From: Rebecca billardiae RCC1528
Lineage: Eukaryota; Protista; Haptophyta
Assembly: GCA_965240325.2 (NCBI GenBank)
Contig: OZ251223.1
Coordinates: 806,001 to 870,000 of the forward strand
Length of the DNA stretch: 64,000 nucleotides
Reading direction: 5' to 3'
In this document: piece after piece, positions 1-9,641 of the stretch
How positions within the stretch are numbered: the first letter of the stretch is position 1
How the letters are laid out: every line of letters begins with the position of its first letter
The notes under the pieces: generated by a model
What the model saw: the letters and a program-made list of their open reading frames with translations, nothing else
Told to the model about the DNA's origin: nothing
Database searches by the model: none
Program-made: the position numbers and the translations under genes

Positions 1-604
1 CGACGGCTCGCACGCGGCGCTCGCGACTCTGCGCCGCTTGTGTGGTTGCGGGCGGAGAGGCTGGCTGCGACGCGCGCCGCCGCTGGGCCTCGCCACCTCC
101 TCGACCGTATCCGCCGCGGACGCCGCCGCGTCGGGCGCGCTCATGCCGGAGCCGCCGCCGCCGCCGTCGGTGCTGTCCTGCTCTGAGCGCGCGTGGCGGA
201 CCGCCTCCTCAAAGGCGCGCGCGAGCAATCGGTTGGCTGTGCGCGGCGGTGGCCCAGAGGGGTCGAACGCCGTGAGTTGCTGCGCGGCGGACCAGATGTA
301 CTTCAGGTCACCGAAGGAGAACACGAGAGTCGCGTCACGGCCCATTGGGCGCGTGGCCACGATCTCTGGCGGGGCAGACTGCACATCGCACACGCGAGCC
401 GGCCACGCCGGGAAGCCGCGGAGCTGCGCGCACGGCACATCAGGGGGCGCATGCGGTCAAAGGCGCGGCGGGGGGGGCGCGACACCAGCACGTTCACGCC
501 GATCGGCGCGTGCCCCGAGCGCGTGCCAGGCGCACAGGACGCGCTCCGTCCTGCGCGCGCGTGCACACCTTGACCCAGACCAGCTCACCCGCGCCAAACG
601 GCAT
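1..604 (-). CDS. PWWP-domain chromatin protein, 5' part (exons 604-569 and 423-<1; runs off the window)
   Basis: Splicing GT..AG intron 568-424 gives MPFGAGELVWVK|LRGFPAWPARVCDVQSAPPEIVATRPMGRDATLVFSFGDLKYIW, matching the PWWP pattern (GELVWxK..xPWWPA..LVxFFGDxxYxW). A basic NLS-like HKRRR follows near the window edge. Additional upstream exons cannot be excluded. Confidence 0.8.
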
Positions 605-1625
605 GCGGCCCGGAGCCGTGCGACCGGCGGTGTCTTGTGTACGACCGATCGAGCGCTCTGGCACAGGACGTGCAGCAGCGCACGCCGAGTGCTGCTGGCC
701 CCGCCCCCCGGCACGAACGTCGACTGGCGTCTAAGCCGCCGACGCGGGCCGCTTGATCTGCCTGCGCGAGAAGGCGCGACGGCGCGTGTTCGATTTGCAG
801 TCACCGCTCGGCACACCGGCCGAACTCGCCGACGAAACTGTACGGACCGACGTACGGCGCGCGTTGTCCGCGGCGGCTGCAACCAAGGGAGGTCCCTTGC
901 TGCAACCCCCCTGGCCCTGCGCGGGCCTCGGCGACGACCTGGACTCTCACTCACAGTGAGCGGGAATGAAGACTCGATCATCAGTGGACTGTGACGACTT
1001 CTTGCCACCAGTGGCGGGACCGCGGGAGTGTCGCTGCACCCCGCCCCGCCGGGGACTGCCCGCCCTAGGAGTTTGGATCTGCCCGCAGCATCGCTGCATC
1101 GCCTGCGCCACTGCCGCCAGCGTCGGAGCTCTCCGACTAAGGCGGCAGGCGCCGGGCCGCCATCATCCGAAATGAAAATCGGGGCGTCACATTCTCCGCA
1201 GCCACGATTACTGTAGAGCTTATTAGGCACGATGCGGGCAGTGAGCTTGCTAATGCTAAGGCACTGAGCCACTGGCACAGTGAGGGACTGAGGGCAGTCA
1301 CTGAGTCAGTCGGAACCGGGCCCGCGCCGCGCGGGGGGGAGTCAACCGATGCCATGTACATAATGTCACGTCGTTCGGACCGCTGGGCACTGCCAGTGCC
1401 ACTAGACTGACCGGCAGCAGGCTGTACCGCTGTAGCTGTAGGCGTAGCTAATTAGATTTTTAGTTTAGCTTATAGTTACTCGGTGATTCCAGGCACCGGC
1501 GCAGTAAGCGCATAGCCATAAGCCATCGGCCAGTGCCTGACTGAGCCGAGTGTGCACGTTATGCCGTGAGGATAAAAGTTATTAGTAGTTATCTGCGCGG
1601 CATGACTGGCGCTTCATCTTCATGT

Positions 1626-1662
1626 ACATATATATATATATATACACATATATATATATATA
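1626..1662. repeat. (TA)n microsatellite
   Basis: Interrupted TA run visible in sequence. Confidence 0.95.
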
Positions 1663-2286
1663 CACTCGCCCCACGGGCGGCCACACGTGACCTGTTAAGA
1701 TGAGGTCACGGTAGCCGCGCCGGCGCGCGCGCGGAGAGGCGAGGAAGTGGTGTTTCGCGGAAAAACGCTCTGTAGCATTGTGCTCAACCCATGTGGGCAC
1801 CCGCTCCACAAGTTTGCGGTACGCCAAACCGCACACAGCGGCCTGAGCAGCTCCCAGACTGAGTTTCGCTCTTGAAGCCTGGTTTTGGGCCAGATCTTGG
1901 TGTGGATGTAGCGCGGCGAGGAGGCGCCGGGCGCGCGCCCGAGCTGCGTGCTGCCACTCGCCATGACCCATAGACATCGTCCGTCGCGAACGACCTGGCT
2001 CGCCTCGACCTCTTCGACCCGCCGGGCAGCCACGACCGAGCGCGCCGCCGCCAACGGTGTCCAAACAGAGGCTTCTCAGACCGCGTGGGATGGGCATAGG
2101 CGCGAGAGAGGGCGCCCAGCGCGCTCTTGAGATGCACAGGAGCACGCGCTGATGCGTATAGAACCATCCCATCACGATCGCCCCGACCTGGCGCGCCCTA
2201 TCTGGCCCGTCAGGCTGCCCGCGCCGCCGCCGCCGCGCCACGCCGCCGCCACCGGCCCCGCCTCAGCACGGGCACGTGGGTAAGTC

Positions 2287-2584
2287 TGTATTCAACAAAT
2301 ACAGAATTTCCGGTGCGGCCGTCTGTCGGGCGGCAAGGTCGGTCTGGTCGACACCTGCCGCGCGGCATGGGCCACGGCGCGGCGAGGTGGCGGCTGGCGC
2401 ACCGCAGCGCGGGCGGGATGGCTCGAGGACGACACCGCCCCGCCTCCCACGCCGCGCCGTGCGCGTGCACCGTGCTCTCGTCGCGTACCGAATTTCCTGC
2501 GGCGAGCGACGTCACACAGCGCGACCATGCCATCGCGCGACGAGGTGCGTTCGGCTCGGCGATTTGTCGTATTTGTTGAATACA
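2287..2584. mobile_element. MITE-like segment bounded by a 16-bp perfect inverted repeat
   Basis: tgtattcaacaaatac (2287-2302) is the reverse complement of gtatttgttgaataca (2569-2584). AT-rich arms in GC-rich context; no TSD identified. Confidence 0.45.
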
Positions 2585-4439
2585 TGCGGGTACGAATCAG
2601 CCGCAAGATCGCCGTCGATGGCGAGACTCGCATCGCCCGAGAGGGCGCGCGCTGCGTGGAGTGGCACGCGACGCGGAGAGGGCGGGTGCGGTGCCGCGGG
2701 CGCGCGACTGGTCTAGAACATCCCAATGAAGCGCGGGACGGCGCCGCACGCCTGTGCTCGCCGCCGTCTCCTCGCAGTCGAAAATATCTGTGCACCAGTT
2801 CTGCCTGGGCGGTTGGGCCGGCCTCGCACGCGGCACGCGGGCACTGTTGCGGGGAGGAGTGTGATATGGCAGGCTGTGGCGAGGTGGATGGCCGTGTAGG
2901 AGTATGCTGGGAAGGGCCGTTCCCGCGCTCGCGTGGTGCCTCGCGCACGCCTCGTCGAGGACGAGCGTGTTTGAATGGCTCCCGGGAGGCCTGAGGCATT
3001 CGCTTGTTGACGGCAGCTCGCAACAGGTGCACACGACGAAGGTGACGACCAGGCACTCCGGCGAGGGCGGCTGTGCTGGCAGCAGACTGCATTTGGAGTA
3101 AGATGCGCCATCTTACGCGCCGCTTCGCCTCGCTGCATCGCCGCACTGAGCAGCAGGGCCCCACGCTCACGAATGGCTCACCACGAGCTACGTGACCGGC
3201 CAGCCGCGTGCAACCCGGCGAGGCAGAGAGGGGCGGAGGGATGGGGAGGCTGGGTGGGGTGTTGCAGTCCCATGCCCTGGGCACTCGCCAGGCGCCTGCG
3301 CGACCACCGTAGCGTCTTCTGTGCGCTCGTGCGGCCCGCGCGATAAATTCCCCGAAAATCGGCTCGCATCGGACAGGTTACGGTGACGATAATCCCGTTT
3401 TTGTTCACTGTGTATATATATATGTGTCCTCCTGCACAAAGATTGAAGCGGCGCCAATCGATGTGTATATATACTTGTGTGAGGTGGGGATTTGTCCCTG
3501 GATGACGGGAAGAGCGACTGAGCCGACGGTGCCAAAGCTGCGCGCAGACTGCGCCAGCGTGTGGCAGCAAGGTCCCTGGCTCAGGCGAGCATAGCACTCA
3601 CAGGCCTGACAACAGCAAGCTCGTCAACCACAACGGAGGCTGCAGGGGCGGATGGCGGGTTGAGCGACGAGCGAGCGAGCACGAGCAAAGAAGCACGCGA
3701 CGGCGAAGGAGATGGGGCCTCGTTTGCTGATGATGAGGCAAGGGGCCGACTGGCAGTAACTGATGAGCAGCTTGTGAGCTCGGCGCGAAAGGTCGTAAAG
3801 TGCCGATTTGTGTGAGCTCGACTGGTTAGTTGCTTGATGAACTGGAAAGCTGCCACTCGGATGACTGCAGATGATCTTGGATATGATCTCGAGCGCCGTA
3901 CCAGCACGAAGCAACTACCTGCAGGATCAGGTAGACGATGGAGGCCCTTGGCCTTGGCTGTCACGACACTGCGACGCATCACCTTCCAGCCTCCCGACAC
4001 ATTCGGTTATACCTGCGTTATAACGCCACGTGTCCTCCTGCACAAAGATTGAAGCGGCGCCAATCGATGTGTATATATACTTGTGTGAGGTGGGGATTTG
4101 TCCCTGGATGACGGGAAGAGCGACTGAGCCGACGGTGCCAAAGCTGCGCGCAGACTGCGCCAGCGTGTGGCAGCAAGGTCCCGTTTGTGAGCAGGAGAGA
4201 TCCCGTTGAGGATGAGGGCGCTGCAGCGAGATGCTGGAGGCGAGCGACACGGAGGAGGCCGAAGGTGGCGAGGTGGCACGTCCTCGTGTTTTTTTTTGGT
4301 TTTTTTTTTGGGTAGGTTGTGTGTGTCCTGTGCGCGCGCGCGCGCACGCGCGCGCCGGTGCGTTGGGCAGAAAAGCCAGAGGCAGCAGCCCCAGCCAGAC
4401 GGGCAGAAAAGCCTGCAGCAGCTGGATGGGGCAGCTGCT

Positions 4440-5170
4440 TTCCGCCGAGCATTTGCATGCTCCACTGAACAGGAACAAAACAAAGTCACCTGGGCAGAAA
4501 AGCTCGGGCCAGTAGGGCAGAAAAGCCTGGGGCAGCTGCGAAGGGGCCGCCCCCCGCCGAGCATATGCATGCTGCGGAACTGGAACAAAACAAAGTCACC
4601 TGGGCAGAAAAGCCCGGGCCAGTCGGGCAGAAAAGCCCGGAGCAGCCGCGGAGGGGCCGCCCCCCGCCGAGCATACGCATGCTGCGGAACTGGAACAAAA
4701 CAAAGTTACCCGGGCAGAAAAGCCCGGGCCAGTCGGGCAGAAAAGCCCGGGGCAGCCGCGAAGGGGCCGCCCCCCGCCGAGCATACGCATGCTGCGGAAC
4801 TGGAACAAAACAAAGTTACCCGGGCAGAAAAGCCCGGGCCAGTCGGGCAGAAAAGCCCGGGGCAGCCGCGAAGGGGCCGCCCCCCGCCGAGCATATGCAT
4901 GCTGCGGAACTGGAACAAAACAAAGTCACCCGGGCAGAAAAGCCCGGGCCAGTCGGGCAGAAAAGCCCGGGGCAGCCGCGAAGGGGCCGCCCCCCGCCGA
5001 GCATACGCATGCTGCGGAACTGGGACAAAACAAAGTTACCCGGGCAGAAAAGCCCGGGCCAGTCGGGCAGAAAAGCCCGGGGCAGCCGCGAAGGGGCCGC
5101 CCCCCGCCGAGCATATGCATGCTGCGGAACTGGAACAAAACAAAGTTACCCGGGCAGAAAAGCCCGGGCC
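4440..5170. repeat. 110-bp tandem array (about 7 units) inside the SDR element
   Basis: ggaactggaacaaaacaaag (or a 1-nt variant) recurs at 4576, 4686, 4796, 4906, 5016 and 5126, plus a degenerate unit near 4470. Confidence 0.95.
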
Positions 5171-5292
5171 CCGCGTCCCTCGGCGACCCCCCCCGTGACC
5201 TGGCTGCCGCCGCGCCGCAGTCGCTGGCGTAGAGCCGCGCGCGGCGCTGGCGCGCCAGACGCGCCCGGTTGGGCAGCGCAGGCACCCTCAGC

Positions 5293-5412
5293 GGCCAGGA
5301 CGACGACTTCCTCAACGGCAAGGGCGACGACTTCCTCTGCGGCCAGGGCGACGACTTCCTCAACGGCAAGGACGACGACTTCCTCAACGGCAAGGGCGAC
5401 TACTCCCTCAAC
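5293..5412 (+). repeat. 24-bp minisatellite x5
   Basis: Variants of ggccaggacgacgacttcctcaac; translate as GQDDDFLN/GKGDDFLC/GQGDDFLN/GKDDDFLN/GKGDYSLN. Confidence 0.9.
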
Positions 5413-5725
5413 TCGGCAAGGCCACTAGGCCGCGCACACCGGCCCGGGCGACCACATCCACTACCTGCACTACGGCATCAACTTGAACAGCCTCGGACGA
5501 CGACGACACGGGCAACTACATGATGACCAAGGCCGACGACGACTGCAAAACAGCGGCATCCCCGGGCGCCTACTACCTCAGTGACCGTGTGATCAGCATC
5601 GGTTACGACGACTCCCTCACCCGCGGCCAACGCGCTCCGACATCCTCCATTAACTCCATTCAGTACTTCGACAGACGAATCAGGAGAGCTGCGCCCTCGT
5701 GCCTGTGTCTTTAAATCATAGAATT

Positions 5726-6306
5726 AGTCGGGCAGAAAAGCCCGGGGCAGCCGCGAAGGGGCCGCCCCCCGCCGAGCATACGCATGCTGCGGAACTGGAA
5801 CAAAACAAAGTTACCCGGGCAGAAAAGCCCGGGCCAGTCGGGCAGAAAAGCCCGGGGCAGCCGCGAAGGGGCCGCCCCCCGCCGAGCATACGCATGCTGC
5901 GGAACTGGAACAAAACAAAGTTACCCGGGCAGAAAAGCCCGGGCCAGTCGGGCAGAAAAGCCCGGGGCAGCCGCGAAGGGGCCGCCCCCCGCCGAGCATA
6001 CGCATGCTGCGGAACTGGAACAAAACAAAGTTACCCGGGCAGAAAAGCCCGGGCCAGACGAATCAGGAGACCCGCGTCGTCCTACCTGTGTCGTTAAATC
6101 ATAGAATGAGTCGGGCAGAAAAGCCCGGGGCAGCCGCGAAGGGGCCGCCCCCCGCCGAGCATATATGCATGCTGCGGAACTGGAACAAAACAAAGTCACC
6201 CGGGCAGAAAAGCCCGGGCCAGTGGGGCAGAAAAGCCCGGGGCAGCCGGAAGGGGCCGCCCCCCGCCGAGCATACGCATGCTGCGGAACTGGAACAAAAC
6301 AAAGTC
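5726..6306. repeat. Second block of the same 110-bp array (about 5 units)
   Basis: Same unit near 5791, 5901, 6011, 6176 and 6285. A ~55-bp linker (agacgaatcaggaga...aaatcatagaat) is duplicated near 5673 and 6056. Confidence 0.95.
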
Positions 6307-6344
6307 GCCAAAACCAAGTGCCAGTCAGGCAGAGAACGTCGCTG

Positions 6345-8390
6345 ACTGAGCAGTGTCGAGGCAGGAGCGCTGCGGCAGCGAGCGCGCCGGCGGGGCGGCC
6401 GCAGGCCGTTGTTGAGCTGCGCGAGCGCGCGCTCGCCCTGCTGCGGGCGAGCGGCAGCGAGCGGCGGTGCGAATGGAGCGTGCGGCGAGCACGGCCACGC
6501 CGAGTGCGAGCGGCACCGCCACCGCGCGCCGAGGAGGCAGCAGCGGGCGGCGAGCTGTCGAGGCCGGAGCGCGGCGGCGGCGAGCGCGGCGGCGGCGCTG
6601 CAGCAGGCTGTGTCGAGCTGCGCGAGCGTGCGCTCACCCTGCTGCGGGCGAGCGGCAGCAAAAGCGAGCGGCGGCGCGAATGGAGCGTGCGGCGAGCACG
6701 GCCACGCCGAGTGCAAGCGGCACCACCACCGCGTGCTGTGGCGGCAGCAGGCGCAGCGGGCAGCGAGCCGTCGAGGCAGGAGCGCGGCAGCAGCGAGCGC
6801 GGCGGCAGTGTGGCAGCAGGCTGTGTCGAGCTGCGCGAGCGTGCGCTCACCCTGCTGCGGCCGAGCGGCAGCAAAAGCGAGCGGCGGCGCGAATGGAGCG
6901 TGCGGCGAGCACGGCCACGCCGAGTGCAAGCGGCACCACCACCGCGTGCTGTGGCGGCAGCAGGCGCAGCGGGCAGCGAGCCGTCGAGGCAGGAGCGCTG
7001 CAGCAGCGAGCGCGGCGGCAGTGTGGCAGCAGGCTGTTGTTGGGCTGCGCGAGTGCGCGCTCGCCCTGCTGCTGGCGAGCGGCAGCGAGCGGCGGGGCGA
7101 ATGGAGCGTGCGGCGAGCACGGCCACGCCGAGTGCAAGCGGCACCACCACCGCGTGCTGTGGCGGCAGCAGGCGCAGCGGGCAGCGAGCCGTCGAGGCAG
7201 GAGCGCGGCAGCAGCGAGCGCGGCGGCAGTGTGGCAGCCGGCTGTTGTTGGGCTGCGCGAGTGCGCGCTCACCCTGCTGCGGGCGAGCGGCAGCAAAGGC
7301 GAGCGGCGGCGCGAATGGAGCGTGCGGCGAGCACGGCCACGCCGAGTGCACGCGGCACCACCACCGCGTGCTGTGGCGGCAGCAGGCGCAGCGGGCAGCG
7401 AGCCGTCGAGGCAGGAGCGCGGCAGCAGCGAGCGCGGCGGCAGTGTGGCAGCAGGCTGTTGTTGGGCTGCGCGAGTGCGCGCTCGCCCTGCTGCGGGCGA
7501 GCGGCAGCAAAAGCGAGCGGCGGCGCGAATGGAGCGTGCGGCGAGCACGGCCACGCCGAGTGCAAGCGGCACCACCACCGCGTGCTGTGGCGGCAGCAGG
7601 CGCAGCGGGCAGCGAGCCGTCGAGGCAGGAGCGCGGCAGCAGCGAGCGCGGCGGCAGTGTGGCAGCAGGCTGTTGTTGGGCTGCGCGAGTGCGCGCTCGC
7701 CCTGCTGCGGGCGGGCGGCAGCGAGCGACGGCGCGAATGGAGCGGGCGGCGAGCACGGCCACGCCGAGTGCAAGCGGCACCACCACGGCGCGCCGTGGCG
7801 GCGGCAGCAGCGACGACGAGCACGAGCAAACAAGCACCACCACCATCGCGCGCCTGTTGCGTTGTGCGGGCGCGCGCTCGCCCTGCTGCGGGCGAGCGGC
7901 AGCGAGCGGTGGCGCGAATGGAGCGTGTGGCGAGCACGGCCACGCCGAGTGCAAGCGGCACCACCACCACGCGCCGTGGCGGGCCGAGTGCAAGCGGCAC
8001 CACCACCGCGCGCCGTGGCGGCGGCAGCAGCGACGACGAGCACGAGCAAACAAGCACCACCACCATCGCGCGCCTGTTGCGTTGTGCGAGCGCGCACTCG
8101 CCCTGCTGCGGGCGAGCGGCAGCGAGCGGCGGCGCGAATGGAGTGCGCGGCGAGCACGGCCACGCCGAGTGCAAGCGGCACCACCACCGCGCGCCGTGGC
8201 GGCGGCAGCAGCGACGACGAGCACGAGCAAACAAGCACCACCACCATCGCGCGCCTGTTGCGTTGTGTGGGCGCGCGCTCGCCCCGCTGCGGGCGAGCGG
8301 CAGCGAGCGGTGGCGCGAATGGAGTGTGCGGCGAGCACGGCCACGCCGAGTGCGAGCGGCACCACCACCGCGCGCCTTGGCGGCAGCAGC
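6345..8390. repeat. GC-rich tandem array, about 10 units of 181-220 bp
   Basis: gaatggag anchor at 6471, 6678, 6891, 7099, 7313, 7527, 7735, 7916, 8136 and 8317. Confidence 0.95.
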
Positions 8391-8667
8391 GACGAGCGAG
8401 CGAGCACGAGCAAAGAAGCACGCGACGGCGAAGGAGATGGGGCCTCGTTTGCGTGAGCTCGACTGGTTAGTTGCTTGATGAACTGGAAAGCTGCCACTCG
8501 GATGACTGCAGATGATCTTGGATATGATCTCGAGCGCCGTACCAGCACGAAGCAACTACCTGCAGGATCAGGTAGACGATGGAGGCCCTTGGCCTTGGCT
8601 GTCACGACACTGCGACGCATCACCTTCCAGCCTCCCGACACATTCGGTTATAACTGCGTTATAACGC

Positions 8668-8768
<101 letters not shown>

Positions 8769-9641
8769 GGCTTCGGCAGCACTCCGGCGACTCCGCGGAG
8801 TCCGCGGTCTCCGCGGACCACAGTACGCACAGTGACCGTAGGCTGCGGCGGCGGGCCCCGGCCCCCGGCCCGGCGCGGCGTCCGTCCGTGCCGTCCGCGA
8901 ACGGCGAAGCTGCTGACAGCTGAACCTTCGGCTGCGGCGCTGCGCCACCTAATCGACTGACGAGCTCCCTGGTCTGGACTTCCTGCAGTCGAGTGTCGTC
9001 ACTCATGTCTCTTGTAATCGCGCGTGACACTGTCAGTGTCGCCGCGCGAGGCTGCCAACTCTAACGCGCCTGGTCTGACTCTGTGCCCACCGCGGCGCCC
9101 GCGCCCGCAGTGCCCACGGACGGTTGCTCACGGAGGTCTTGGGCGGTGCGATATTCGATACCCTGCTCTCAATATTCGAAATGCAGTTATCAGGGCGCTG
9201 ATGACCCACGAAGGTTCCGCGCCTGTTCATCAGACATGTTTTTTGTGCATGTATGTTCTCTGATTTCCCACAGCGAACTTTCTGAACTTGGGCGTCTGGA
9301 GCGGTCGTATTATAATTATGGAGGAGATTCCTCCACGGAAGGTTCGTCCCAACAAACTCACAGCATGTATTGGGGAAGTACCACCTTGAATTTGCGACGT
9401 TGATGGTCAATAAAACGTGAGAAGTCTCAAGACGCGCCCAATCGCCGCCCTTTCGGAATTCGGACCCACATCCCGCCCTTGATCAGCTCTCGGGCTGCTG
9501 ACGAACGGCCCCTGAACTTGGCGGTGCTCGCCAACGCAGACCGCTTGACCGCGCGAGCTCCCCGCTCGCCTGAGCGCCCACAGAGCCTCGAGCTTCCGCG
9601 CGCGCCCAGTGAGCAGTCGCCTTCATCACACCAGCACCACC

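Noticed and set aside
3394-3412. RSS-like CACAGTG + ACAAAAAC on the minus strand (Transib/RAG-like)
   Set aside because: The spacer is 1 nt rather than 12/23 and there is no matching partner end
4440-6306. CRISPR-like appearance of regularly spaced repeats
   Set aside because: Units are fully repeated with no unique spacers, no cas genes, and the context is eukaryotic
4206-8641. Long ORFs (330-906 aa) in several frames
   Set aside because: They arise from stop-poor GC-rich tandem arrays; translations are repetitive and shift frame with the unit period
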